Source: the human T2T-CHM13v2.0 reference genome, Homo sapiens
Direction: 5' to 3' (one strand)
NCBI RefSeq assembly: GCF_009914755.1
Contig: NC_060932.1
DNA: 64,000 nucleotides
The stretch's first letter is position 1, and every line of letters starts with the position of its first letter. This document shows, piece by piece, positions 1 to 15,885 of this stretch. The translations under genes and the position numbers were made by a program. The notes beneath the pieces were generated by a model, which saw only the letters and a program-made list of their open reading frames with translations, did not search any database and was not told where the DNA came from.

Positions 1-312
<312 letters not shown>

Positions 313-445
313 TGACATGTGCCTCACGCATTTAATCACTGGCTACAATGTCCTGGACGCTGCCATAAACTCAACAGCAGGCTGGATTGCAGCACACACA
401 TTCAGTTACAAACTCATTTTAGTTGAATGCAATATTCTGGTTTTG

Positions 446-934
<489 letters not shown>

Positions 935-1160
935 TCTTTTAATACTTTAGAAAAACTGAAGTAATATCTGTGCGTACACACATACCTTGCTTGCTTTTTA
1001 TTTTTGAATAAGGTTGTTGTACTAGTGCTCAGAAGTGTTGGGACCTAGCATAGTTATTTGCCTAGCACTTTCTTTCTGTTTTTGAAGAACATGTTTTAAA
1101 AATATTTGTCACTTGATTGTCATATTGATGTCAAAATGTTCTTCATGTTAAACTCTTTAA

Positions 1161-1479
<319 letters not shown>

Positions 1480-3409
1480 TAAAATTGTTTTTACATAGAT
1501 TCTTGCTATCTTTTATGACCCATCACATTGTTTATGGGATATTTGATATGAAATTTGAGATCCTGCAAATGTTCAGCCATTCACACAAATGGGTCATGTT
1601 ACTGCACATTTCTTGTCTACAGGAGACTGGTAGCCTCGAGAGGAAAAATAAGCATAACAAATCACTCCTGCCTTCGGGGTCGAGGTGGGTAGATGATATC
1701 AGTCCATCAAAAGTGCACTGCAGTGTAAACAGTACAGACTGTTCATGCATAACCACCATGGACACCAGCCGGGTGTCAGATACTGTGCTGGCACCTGGGA
1801 ACTCAAGGAGGAACTTGTGTTCCTGGTGTCCCCTGAGGTTGGCCCCATCTGGCACCAGATGGGGTGTGTGAGCACAGTGACAGGGAAGTGCAGAGAAACC
1901 ATGGCCCCAGATGCGGACCCTCTGCAGGAGGAGCAGGTGAGCACCTCGGAGTTAAGGCAAGTGAATGAGGGTGAGTGAGGCACAGTCGTCGCCAGTACAG
2001 AGCCTCACAGGGTGGCCATGGAAGTAGATGGAGCCTATGGCAGGCGATACTGGAGACATCCTGGTGAGTGCGTGGTTTGGGCGGTGGCAGGAGGAGGTTG
2101 GGGGCCGGTGTGATTTGGGTAGAACTTACCAAGGAAGAAGGGTTGGAACCATGAATAGTTTGAAAGAGCCCCTCCGGTGACCTGGCTACTGAGTTCCCTT
2201 GGCGAGCAAATGACTGAATATGAAGCTGCTGGTCTAAGTGTGGGTCATTTTGGGAACGATGCTGTGACCTGGGACCCCATCAGCATCCTGTACGCAGCTT
2301 GCAGTTTTCCAGTTTTCTCTTTGTGGGCGTTATTTCCATAAGAGTGCAGACTTCTGGGATGCAGGTCAGGGCTGTGACTTCCCTGGGTTTCTCTGGAGTG
2401 AGATCAGTGTGGAGTGGAGAGGTGTGTGCTGGAGGAAGAGGCCTTGGCCTGTGCTCCGCATTGCCTACTCCTCTCACCTGGAAACACCGGACTTCAGGAG
2501 TCACTCGGCTGTGGCAGAAAATAAAGTTCTTGAAAGGAAAGCAGAGGCGCTCACTCACATCGATGCCCTAAACATCAATACCACATCAATGTCCCAAGTG
2601 GTAAATAGTGACTAAATTATTAATACATCCCACAAGATGGTGTGCTTGAGGTCATTAGTGTATTTTGAGAAATAGATTAATAGTTATCTTGTATTTTATT
2701 TTTATTACAAGTTCTTTAAAAACAACAAGAAAGACGTGAGTCTTTCTGTCTCTCCAGTCCTCAGGGGAAAGCAGTGTTGGATTTCTCCAGGGTTTTATCT
2801 GTGCTTCTCCTGGAGCCAGGTGTGGGGACAGCGTCTCCAGCAGTTCTCCCTCCCGCGGTGTGGTGGTGGAGCCCAGCCTCCAGGAGGACAGACTCAGCGA
2901 GATTTTATTTTGAAGTTTGCACATTCTCTAAAGCTTTTAGGGTGCTGTTTGTGTAGAATGGAGAAAGGGTTATTTAAGTATTTACTTCTAACCCTGCTCA
3001 TGTTAACTGTATAAAGCCAACAGACCCCAATAAGAGAAAATTATAACCTAAATTAATATAGCTCAGGGCCAGTATGTCTACATAGTTCTATTTTGCTCTA
3101 GTTGAAATACTAATAAATGCAGTAAGAAAACACTATGTCTAAAATGTTGAAATTCTTTGAAATTCTTTTAAAGCTGATAGATTCTTGCATAGTAGTAGGG
3201 CATGAGGATTCAACATTTCTCCCCCATCAAGGTCTGATTTGATCAGAACTAAAGGATGTAAAGACAAAATATTACCATCAATTTAGGATGGGTGTCTAAG
3301 TCAAGCACAGTGGCTTATTCTTCGTATTTCTGTCTTAGATTTGGTTCTACTATTTATCCACAGACTCACTAGTTCATAATACAAATGAGGTGATATAAAA
3401 GCACTGTCA

Positions 3410-3692
3410 GGCCAAGTGCGGTGGCTCACACCTGTAATCCCAGCACTTTGGGAGGCCAAGGCAGGCAGATCACTTGAGCCCGGGAGCTCAAGACCAGCAA
3501 CATGGCAAAACCTCGTCTCCACAAAAAATACAAACATTAACTGGTCATAGTGGCACACGTCTGTAGTACCAGCCAATTGGGAGGCTAAGGTGGGAGGATC
3601 GCCTGGGAGTTCAAGGTTACAGTGAGCTGTGATTACGCCACTGCACTCCAGCCTGGGCAAGAGTGAGACCCTATCTCAAACAAAAACACAAC
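3410..3692 (+). mobile_element. AluJ-like
   Basis: Diverged Alu dimer with A-rich tail. Confidence 0.88.
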
Positions 3693-3753
3693 CCGCTGTC
3701 AGTTTTTATATATTTTGTATATATACGTGTGTGTGTATATATATGTATGTATA

Positions 3754-4071
3754 CAGTCGACCTTCTGTATCCATGGGTTCTGTGTCTGGATTCAACCAAC
3801 TGTGGATCAAAAATATTTGGGAAAAATTTAAAATAATATAACAATAAAAAATATAACAAATAAATACCAATAAAATGTAACAATTTTATATAGCATTTAC
3901 ATTGTATTAGGTATTATAAGTAATCTACAGATGATTTAAGGAGTAAGGGACAGTGTGCTTAGGTTATATGCACATACAAAGCCATTTTATATAAGGGACT
4001 TGAGCATCCGTGGCTTTGGGTATCTGCAGGGAGCCCAGGAACCAGTCCCCCAAGGATACTGAGGGTGACTG
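3754..4071 (-). mobile_element. MER2 (TcMar-Tigger MITE)
   Basis: TIRs CAGTCG.CC.TC.GTATCC / GGATACTGAGGGTGACTG flanked by TA; internal sequence matches MER2. Confidence 0.8.
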
Positions 4072-4619
4072 TATATTTAAGTATAGATGTAACTGCCGGG
4101 CTCCAGAGCTTTGCATGTGTTATGTCACAGATTTTGTTCCTGTAGGTTTTGCTACTCTTCTCAAAGCCTTTGGTGACTTTGACTACAAAAATTTTAGTGC
4201 CTTAGTAAAACCAAAGAACTCTTCGGTTCTCAAGCTTTGAGTTTTCTAAACTTAAGGTAGTGATTGCATTCTGATATTACTATTGGTAATTTAAGATGAC
4301 TACTTTCAGTAAGTGAGGAAAATGGTGGAGGAGAACTTTTTGTGAATTGTGAGGGAATGGTGAGTGAATAAAGACTGAGCTCGCGAGAGTCTGGGGCTGA
4401 GTGCACAGTGTACTGTACAGTTCATCACCGTGTGGGGCCTTCCAGCTACTGTAGAGGATTCTGATGTTCAGAACATCGACTCTTCAGTGTTTTGTCTTCA
4501 GACACACTCTTTTCACTCCTGTTGATACTGTACGCTCTCTTGAGGAGCAATGAGCACTCTTGCAGGCCCTGTGCCAGGTGCCGGGTCATAACAAAGACGA
4601 TTCTCAGTCTTCCGTAAGT

Positions 4620-5275
4620 GGGAATCTGTGGGAGGCACATATGCATGTGGTGCGGCACACACGACAGAAGATTCTGGAAGCTGAATCTGTGAGGGGCACA
4701 CGTGTGTGGTGGTGCTCCAGCACACACGATAGAAGATTCTGCAAGCTGAGTCTGTGAGGGGCACACGTGGGTGGTGGTGCTCCACACACATGATGACAGA
4801 AGATTCTGGAAGCTGGAATCTGTGAGGGGCACACATGCGTGGCAGTGCCCCGGCACACAAATGATGACAAAAGATTTTGGAAGCTGGAATCTGTCAGGGG
4901 GATACTTGCATGTGACTGTGCTTCTGTTCACACAGAAGGTTCTGGAAGCTGGAATCTGTGAGGGGCAGCTGTATGTGTGGTAATGCTCCAGTACACATGT
5001 GATGACAGAAGGTTCTGGAAGGTGAACTCTGTGAGGGTTGGGTATGCATGTGGCCCCGCTCCTGTACACACACATGTGATAACAGAAGGTTCTGGAAGGT
5101 GAAATCTGTGAGGGTTGGATATGCATGTGGCCCTGCTCCAATATACACACATGATGATAGAAGGTTCTGGAAGGTGAAATCTGTGAGGGGCAGATGTGTG
5201 TGTGGCCTTGCTCCAGTACACACACACACGTGATGACAGAAGGTTCTGGAATCTGGACTCTGTGAGGGGCGCACG
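4620..5275. repeat. Diverged minisatellite, ~10 units of 61-79 bp, core ACAGAAGGTTCTGGAAGCTGGAATCTGTGAGGGG
   Basis: The TCTGT(G/C) anchor recurs at 4625, 4686, 4751, 4819, 4890, 4955, 5028, 5105, 5180, 5259. Confidence 0.9.
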
Positions 5276-5692
5276 TTTGTGTAGCGATGCTGCAGTCCAT
5301 TGCGTGGCAGAAGGAGCATTGTCTTTCCTTTGGTTTTTGTCAGCTCTTTGTTTACTTGATAAATGCTTGAGTGTCTTCAGTTTGATAACTAGCAAAGGAA
5401 AACAGCGTGTGAGACTTCTGGTGTCCTTGCGGCTCCATGCATAGGTCTGTGCCTGACTGCAGTGCACCCACATGTTCACTCGAACAGGGGTACTTGGATT
5501 GTCTTAGCCACGCTGTTCATTTGGCCTCAGACTGAGTCCTACTGAAGTCCCATCATCAGTGGAAAGGGCTTGTGAGCTGAGTTTGTCCACGCAGCAGAAG
5601 GGTGGGCAGCAGTCTGGATGGTTTACACAGACACGGTGAGAGACGTTACCCGGACGCAAAAGAGTACACAGCGTGTGATACCGTTCCATGTA

Positions 5693-6676
5693 CAGTCATA
5701 CGTTGCTTAACGACGGGCTGTGTTCTGAGAAATGTGTCCTTAGGCTATTTCGTCATCGAGTGGCCGTCATAGAGTACCTTTCTACATGTCTAAGCCAACT
5801 CCACACTCGGCTCTATGCGACAAAGCCCATTGTTCCCAGGCTGCATACCTGTACAGCATATGGCTGTACTGAATACTGTAGGCAAGTGTAACACAACTGT
5901 AAATATTTGTGTATCTAAACATACCTAAACATAGAAAGGTATAGTAAAAATACCATGTTAAAGATGAAAAATGGCACACCTGTGCAGGGCGTTCACTGGG
6001 AATGGAGCTTGCAGGACTGGAAGCTGCTCTGCGAGAGTCACAATGAGTGGTGAGTGTGAGGGCCTAGAACGTCACTGTACTCTCCTATAGACTTTATGAA
6101 CTCTGTGTACTTAAGCAATGCTAAATTTATATAAAAAAATTTCTTTAATCATAAAGTAACCTTAACTTACTGTAACATTTTTACTTTATAAATTTTTAAT
6201 TTTTTAAACTTTTCCACTCTTTTGTAATAACACTTAGCTTAAAACACAAATACATTGTGTGTATATATATATATTCTTTATACCCTTATTCTGTAAGCTT
6301 TTCTTAATTTTCGAAACTTTTTTTTAAATTGTTGAAATCTAAGATGCAAATACACATTCATCCAGCCCTGCACAGGGTCAGGATCATCCATATCACTGTC
6401 TTCCACCTCCACACCTTGTCCCACTGGAGAGACTTCAGGGGCAGTAACAGACATGGGGCTGCTACCTCCTATGGTGACAGTGCCTTCTTCTGGACCCTCC
6501 TGAAAGACCTGCCTGGGGCTGTTTATAGTTAACTTTATTTTCATCAGAGAAGGAGTACACTCCAAGATAATGATAAAAAGTATAGTATAGTAAAATAGTA
6601 AATGATAGGAATTGTTCAGCTCCATTATAATCTTGTGTGGAACCACTGTCTATACACTGTGCGTTGTTGACTGAAA
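5693..6676 (+). mobile_element. Tigger3b-like (MER7/Golem) DNA transposon relic
   Basis: TA + CAGTCATACGTTGCTTAACGACGGG...TTCTGAGAAATG matches the Tigger3 5' TIR. Confidence 0.78.
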
Positions 6677-7529
6677 TAAAGGCGCTGAGCCCTGGGCACT
6701 GCTGTAGGTGCAGTTGTCCAGCCTCACCTGGGTGTGGGCCCACCTGGTACTGCCGCTATGGGTCTGAGGGAGGTGTGAGATCGAAAACTTGCCTGTGCCA
6801 AAGTCCAGCATTGTCCTTCACCACTTATGGACCTGGTGGTTGTGGCCAGTTGTCAGAGTGACTATACTGTTTACCACCCAGACAAGGATGTCAGGGACTG
6901 CCCCAAGCAAACCAGGATCTGCAGTCACCCCAGGGTCTGAGAACCAGCTATATTTGTGACTTTTGCTTTGGACATATCAAAAACCTCCAAGAACTTGTAG
7001 CCTAACTCTATAATTTCACAAGTAAGAAATAAGTTATAGTATTAACTCTTCACATTTCATTTCAATCCCATGTCACTTAACCATCCGGAACTGACAGCCA
7101 TAGGTTCTTCTGGTCTGTGGGTTTCTCCCCTGTCCCATTCAGTTTGGAGGCTCCAGGCTTGTTTTGGATCCTGCTTCCTCTGCTCTTCTTCCTGAGTGTT
7201 CACTGTGCCTCAGCAATGCTGAGTGCGGTGAAGCATGTGGTCCTGGCCCACCTTGAGGTGGCCCCAACCACAGGTGGGAGTGTTTCATTTGCACCTGGGG
7301 TTGGGGTGAACTAAGTGCTTGGTATGTTTGTGGAAAGCCGCACTGGCGGTCTCTGAAGGCGTGTGTGTGCATGAGGGTGCCGTGATGCACATGCGAGAGC
7401 CCTGAGGTCCCCTCTGAGACCTGGGAAGGACTCCCGTGACAGTTGTATGAGGCAGGCTGGGTTACTCCATTCCGCTGGCCTTTCTCTTCTAATTGTCCTC
7501 ACATTAATTTTTTCAGTCCAGACTTAGAA

Positions 7530-7878
7530 TAGATGCTCTTTGACTCAGGATGGGGTTACATCCCAATAAGCCCACCATAAGTTAAAAATATTGTGTCAGA
7601 AATGTGCAGCCTCCCGAACATCATGGTATATAGCCTGGCCTGCCTTTAACATGCCCAGAAGACTTGGATCAGCCTACGTTTGAGCAAAATCATATAGCAC
7701 AAAGCCTGTTTTACAACAGAATGCTGAACAGCTCATGTAATTCAGTGAATGCTCTACTGAAAGTTGAAACAATGGTTGTGTGGGTACTTGAAGTACAGTT
7801 TCTACTGAGTGTGTATCATCTTTGCACCATAAAATCAAACAATTGTAAGTCAAACCATTGTGAGTAGGGGACTGTCTA
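7530..7878 (+). mobile_element. MER47A-like Tigger MITE
   Basis: AGATGCTC...GATGGGGTTACATCCCAATAA...GGGGACTGTCT termini. Confidence 0.75.
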
Positions 7879-7935
7879 TAACAGCTAATATACCTGGGGC
7901 TTTAAATATTCAAAAACACCAGAAGAACGTGTTAG

Positions 7936-8243
<308 letters not shown>

Positions 8244-8273
8244 AAGTTAGAATATTTTGCCGGGGAGGTATAC

Positions 8274-8540
8274 TGTATTAGTCAGCTCAGGCTGCCACAG
8301 CAGACTGCCATAGACTAGGCAGCTGGAATAGCAGAAATTCCTTTCTCACAGTTTTGGAGGCTGCAAGTCTGAGATCAAGGCACCAGCAGATTCATGTCTG
8401 GTGAAGACCCACTTCCTGGTTTACATGGCCACCTTCTGGCTGTGTCCTAGCATGGAGGAGGGGAAGGCTCTGGTCTCTTTCTCTTCTTATGACACTAATC
8501 TCATCATGGGGCCTTACCCCCATGACCTCATCACTTCCCA
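8274..8540 (-). mobile_element. MaLR LTR fragment (MLT1/MST)
   Basis: TGTATTAGTC...TTTCTCACAGTTTTGGAGGCTG.AAGTC.GAGATCAAGG motif. Confidence 0.7.
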
Positions 8541-8869
8541 GGGTCTAGGTATGGGAGCTTGATATACCTGTGTCTGGTTTTGCCAAATAAGTATTGTTTA
8601 TTTACTTAATATGAGAAAATTCAAGATAAAACAAAGATTGAAGGGATACTGAAAGAAAGGTTGAATTTATCATAGCTTTAGGGAGCAGAAGCCAAAGAGC
8701 AAGAGGAGCAGGAAAACAGCATGAGCGGGCAAGGGTCAGCCCTGCTGGCCCAGGTGCGCCCACAGAGCTGGTGGCCTCCTTTCAGAATGAAGTCCCAATG
8801 AGAGCAGAGCCCTGGGGAGGAAACTCTTTTGCTTTGAAATGAATTTGTTTTGTTTGGTAAGTAAGGTAG

Positions 8870-9265
<396 letters not shown>

Positions 9266-9745
9266 CTGCTCCAGCCGGGGCTCCGGGGCGGCAGCAGAGC
9301 TGGCACACCGATTCTGGGAAGCCCCGCGAATGATGGCTTTTGAATTAATGAGGCAGTGAATGTTTTGTGTTTACTTCTAAGGGAAATACTAACTTTCTTT
9401 CGCATTAGTATTAATTTTGAAGTAGCTACAAAGTATTTTTAAGAAATTATAATTTTATGACTGTCTGGCAGGCTCTGTCAGTTTAGCCGCGCCGGACCGT
9501 GTCAAGCATCTAGGAGAGGAGTCCATGGTGTCCAGGCATCGGGGCGTCACACCTGTTGAGGAGTGGGGTGGCTTTGAATGCTGGAAATGGCTTCATAGTG
9601 AAGTGCCTCCCACAGGGCGGGTGGGTCAGCGTTGACTCTTTCCAGCTGCACACTCATATGCCGTGTGTCTTATTCAGAAGTCACATTCTTTTCAGTTGGA
9701 GAGAATTGGGCTAAGATAGAAAATAACATGATTTGTTCCTTATTA

Positions 9746-10178
<433 letters not shown>

Positions 10179-10644
10179 TTAACCCCCACCAACCAGAGCG
10201 TGGGCTGGTAAAGATGAAATCTTGCAAGTTTTTTTTTTTTTTAAATCATGGTACCTGTTTTAAAATGAGAAGTTATTATTCATACTGTGTTGCTCATTTG
10301 ACAAAATAAGGTAAGGATTTCATAATCAGGTTGTCTGGGTTTCAGAGCTGTTTTTAATTGACTGAGTTACCTACAGGCACCCAATCTAGACCCTAATTCT
10401 GTGGTTGGTGTTCCTCTGTAGATTTCAAGACAAGTAGTGATGTCATTTTCTCCCTGAGCTGTAGGGTGGACCTGGACCCCTCAGAGATGCTCGACTGCAG
10501 GGTCCTGGGGTCCCTAGAGTGGTCCTGCAGCAGCCCCTGGCAATGAGCTGCCTGATGATGAGTCCCAAGGTACATTGTTCTACTGTTTTATACCCAGGTA
10601 GAAGTTACACAGCAATTTAGCAATGTTGTTAACAGACATACAGA

Positions 10645-10646
<2 letters not shown>

Positions 10647-10680
<34 letters not shown>
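10647..10680. repeat. (TG)17 microsatellite in the CLN8 3' UTR
   Basis: Directly visible. Confidence 0.95.
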
Positions 10681-10682
<2 letters not shown>

Positions 10683-10787
10683 TGTTTTGATATAAACGTG
10701 CAATTAAAATTCAAAGTTTATTTTTTATCACAAGCACCTTTGAAATGTACGTGGAAAACGCCGGCTGCTCGTGAGAATCATGTGTGA

Positions 10788-11144
<357 letters not shown>

Positions 11145-12654
11145 GGAGCGGTGTATTTTGATTGCTGGTGCTTTAACTATATTGACCAAGGTGTATAGTA
11201 ACCTATTTATCACATTTTACGAAGCACTTTTAATCTTAAACACATCCAGCAAATGGTGTCCCTGCTGAAACTTTTAACTGGAAACCTCACACCTGGCAGG
11301 CAGCACTCTCTGCAGCCGTGCCCTTGTGGAGTCAGCAGGAGCTGGTGTTTTTCAGCCAGACAGAGGCATAATAAAGTGACTGATGTTTACAGAACCCAAA
11401 TGATGTCTTCCTCTCTCTCAAAATAAACTAACCTATTCATATTGCTGTGAATGCTTTATCTTGGAGATAGAAAATATAATGATAAATTCATCATGTGTTC
11501 AGAATTCGATTTGGAGTTGGAAGTGGACAGCCTAATTTTTATCTCACCTCCACTAGGACTTTGACCTTCCCAGGGGTCCACACTTTACCTCCTGTATCTT
11601 CATACGCGTGTGTGGATGCATAGAGATGGAGGTGCTGTAGAGAAGCACAGGCTCACCCGCTCCGTCCAGTGTCACCCACACATTGGTCCGGGGACCCCTC
11701 AGTGCAGAGCCTGAAGTTGGGGGTTTAGGGGTGGAAAAGGCTTCGTGAAATGTTAATGATGCGTACACCTTCCAGATGGCACAGCACTTTCCCATGGTCC
11801 TCACTGGCCTCAGTCTCCCTGACCGGCAGTGTGAGGGGATGTAGCTATAGTGGAGCATGGTACAAGCGACATTCATGAGCTCTGACTTCTTGGTGCCAGG
11901 TTGGTGTGAGCCTGGGCCCGGCCCACTCAGCGGCCCACATTGGCCAGCATTCAGCTGCACGTGTGTGCTGCGTGCTTCACATCCTCTATTGAGAGTTACA
12001 GCAAGTGTTAAACGAGGTGAGTTCACATAACAGGTATTCTGGAACTGCTTGAAAACTAGGACGATTGGGCAATATCGGCCTTAACTCCACCTGATGGCAG
12101 GTGACCCGGATAGAAAATGGCCCTGCGTTTAGCCAGGATGTGGCTCTCCAGCTTGGCTTCAGTGTGATCACTTGTCAGTGCGCTTTCTCTTTCGATAGTG
12201 AAATCCTTCTCTATACCTATGTTTTGTTTTGTTTCTTAAGTTGGGAAACAGAATGGGCCAGGGAGGTTGAGTGACTGAAGACCAAGGGTTGGTGCAGCCT
12301 CCTCGCCGCGCTGCGGGGGCTGGGCCGCACAGGCTTCTGCCCTTCTCGGTGTCCAGGCTCCTTGGGTGATGCTGGAGTTGTCATGGCCGCAGTTCAGTGT
12401 GAGATTTTTTACCAGGTATTGCGCTTAAGGGACATGATTTTCCATTTTCTTCGCCCGGACAACTTGAATGAAATGGGCACTGTTGATTCCACTTCTGTCG
12501 AGGAGCTTCGGGGCTCAGAGAGGTGATGACGTGCCCAAGGTGACGCAACTCGTGAACAGCCGTGCCTGCCTTGGGCGCAGCCTCCGGCGCCAGAGCTGGG
12601 CTCTTCAACACGGCATTTAGCGCAGAAAGTCGTGGTTCAGGCAGTATGGGCCGC

Positions 12655-13245
<591 letters not shown>

Positions 13246-13947
13246 CTGCAGCATCAGCACCCGGTGAATGTGGTTCTCTTCCCATGTCAGAATTTTGTGA
13301 GCTCCACACGGGCAGGGTTGCATCTGTTTTATTCTCTGATTGATTCTAAGCCCCATGTCCCTGGCACAGGATGGCTGCTTGGCAGTAGGGAGTGGATGAA
13401 CCAGTAGTACCCAGGGCTGCCAGGCAGGGCCCTGCAGGGGACAGACCCAAGGGCTGATATGGGGACACCTGCTGAGGGGGGAATTTACCACGGTAAGGGC
13501 AGGGCTGGGAGGCTGGGCAGCCAGTTTCACCCTCGCACAGGCTGCCTGGCAAGACCAGCGGCTGGAGGTGATGTCCTCAGTAGAGAATGGTGGCCACTGG
13601 AAACGTGTGGCCAGAAGGGGAAACGCTCGGGCCTCTGGTGGGGGCCAGCCTGGGGTAGGGTCGGCCAGGGTCAGCTGCCTTTCCTTCATGCTGGGAGGAG
13701 ATGTTGTGTGCATGTGAGAAAGCATTTGATAGCATGCCAAAAGTTTCCTCCATTATGTGCGTGTCAAGTGTTTGACCAGGTCAGAACTCTTGTTCTATGC
13801 GAATGTGCTCACGCAGACAGAAGCGGAGGGGCTCCGTCGCTCTGCCCTCACGCCGCTGAACCGCGAGGGTCTCCCGCTCCTCAGGCTTGCGGCTCGGCCG
13901 CGAAGTGTGTCAGGTGTGCATCCTGGGTGCTCCTTTGTGCTCTGTCC

Positions 13948-14352
13948 TACGGTGACACAGGCGGCGTGGGGTTAGACAGGTACCGGTCAGACTACGGTGA
14001 CACAGGCGGCGTGCGGTTAGACAGGTACCGGTCAGATTACGGTGGCACAGGCGGCGTGGAGTTAGACAGGTACCGGTCAGTTTACGGTGGCACAGGCGGC
14101 GTGGGGTTAGACAGGTACCGGTCAGATTACGGTGGCACAGGCGGCGTGGGGTTAGACAGGTACCGGTCAGATTACGGTGGCACAGGCGGCGTGGGGTTAG
14201 ACAGGTACCGGTCAGATTACGGTGGCACAGGCGGCGTGGGGTTAGACAGGTACCGGTCAGATTACGGTGGCACAGGCGGCGTGGGGTTAGACAGGTACCG
14301 GTCAGATTACGGTGGCACAGGCGGCGTGGGGTTAGACAGGTACTGGTCAGAT
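13948..14352. repeat. 45-bp VNTR, 9 copies (TACGGTGGCACAGGCGGCGTGGGGTTAGACAGGTACCGGTCAGAT)
   Basis: Near-identical tandem units; 15-aa periodicity in the ORF track. Confidence 0.96.
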
Positions 14353-14888
14353 GCACGGGCTCCCTAAACCCCTGCTGTGGCTTCGGCAGTAAAGACAGGA
14401 CGCACCCATGTCACAAGAGGAGCACAGGCAGGGGTGTTGGTGTTGGGGCAGCCCTCAGGGTCTCCAGACCCCAGCCCCACTCACACAGCAGCCTAGGAAG
14501 GAAGGGCAGAGTCCCAGGTGTCAGCTGGTGGGTCTCCCAGGAGCTGCCCCTCCCTGGAAGTCACAGGACAGGAATGACAGATCAGGGAACTGCAGGAAGC
14601 TGCCACCTCTGGGGTCAGAATATGCCCAGCCTGCGGGGGCTCTCTATCGGGGTCTTCGAGAGCCAGACAGCCTGCCTTGTGCTGCATACCTGGCTTTGCT
14701 CTGTGCAGAACCCAGCACACGTGATTTTGTGTGACATGCCAGCAGCCTGGCTCCCAGGACAGGAGGCCTGCCCTGGGGGAGGGGCTGCAGGAGGAGGGGG
14801 GGCAGGCACCCATGAGTCTGTCCAGCCTTGTCACAGATGCATCGCCCACCCTGCGGTCCTGATTTCAGCTCACCTCAGAGTAAATCAG

Positions 14889-14894
14889 AATAAA
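14889..14894 (+). terminator. Candidate distal poly(A) signal AATAAA of CLN8
   Basis: AATAAA followed by U-rich sequence at the far end of the UTR. Confidence 0.4.
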
Positions 14895-15587
14895 CTGCAC
14901 CCAGACTTTCACGAATGCATGTTGACGCTTTCAGTTCACCCCTTTCTTTGCTAACTTTCTTCCTATTTTCTTCTAATGCGAGAGCTTATTAATTCCATAT
15001 TTATCATTTTGAATAACTTTTCTCCTTTTTAGTAACAAAATGTACTTCACTCTTAGTAAAATGTATTTACTATTTTAGTAACAAAAATATACTTGCCTAA
15101 TCATGTTTAAAATATAGTGATGTGAAAAATTCAGACGTCTCTATTTCCTTTCTTCTGATGACTCAACCCCAAATGTCTGGAATTGATTCCGAGGTATCCA
15201 GGACCCACAGCCAGCCATCCAAGAGGAAAAAGAAACCACACCCTTCCTTCTGGGAACCTGGCCAGGAACCCCAGAGCACAGGCGCCTGGCCTTAGTGACA
15301 CTTCTTTTCCACATCTGCAGGCCCATGGAGTGAATTCATTTCTTTTCTCTCTGCATGTATTTTGCTTTTACCGTTGTGCTGTTTCACGCTTGGCAGCCTC
15401 AGTTAGCACTCCAGCCCGCCTGAAGCCGTGCACAGCCCATTCCTGCAGGGTTTGATACCTGCAACCTCAAACCCATCAAAAGAGTCCAAAAATTAAACCA
15501 AAGTTAAAATCCTCCATTATTACAGAAAGTTATTAAATGTCAAGTCTCAATCTGAAAAGTTTCTGCCAAAACTTTACATAAAAAACT

Positions 15588-15885
15588 TTTTTTTTTAAAT
15601 TTAAAACAGGTTCTCTCTATCGGCCAGGCGTGGAGTGCAGTGGCGTGATCGTGGCTCACTGTAACCTTAAACTCTTAGGCATAAGTGATCCTCTTGCCTC
15701 AGCCTCCAAAGTAGCTAGGATCACAGGCGCATGTCACCATGCCTAGCTAATTTTTAAATTTGTTGTGTAGAAATGGGGTCTTGCTGTCTGGCTCAGGTTG
15801 GTCTCAAACTCCTGGGCTCAGGCAGTCCTCCCATACTGGCCTCCCAAAGTGCTGGAATTACAGGCATGAGCCACCGTGCCTGGCC
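15588..15885 (-). mobile_element. AluJ
   Basis: Diverged Alu consensus. Confidence 0.85.

Noticed and set aside
3301-3660. Many ORFs with [18 protein letters not shown] motifs across the window
   Set aside because: Alu translations, not genes
4620-5275. CRISPR-like look (conserved ~35-bp core with variable intervening sequence)
   Set aside because: The intervening segments are diverged copies of each other, the DNA is human intron, and there are no cas genes. It is a minisatellite.
13459-14367. 302-aa ORF with DYGGTGGVGLDRYRS repeats
   Set aside because: The 45-bp unit is a multiple of 3 without stops; it lies in the CLN8 3' UTR and has no recognisable homology
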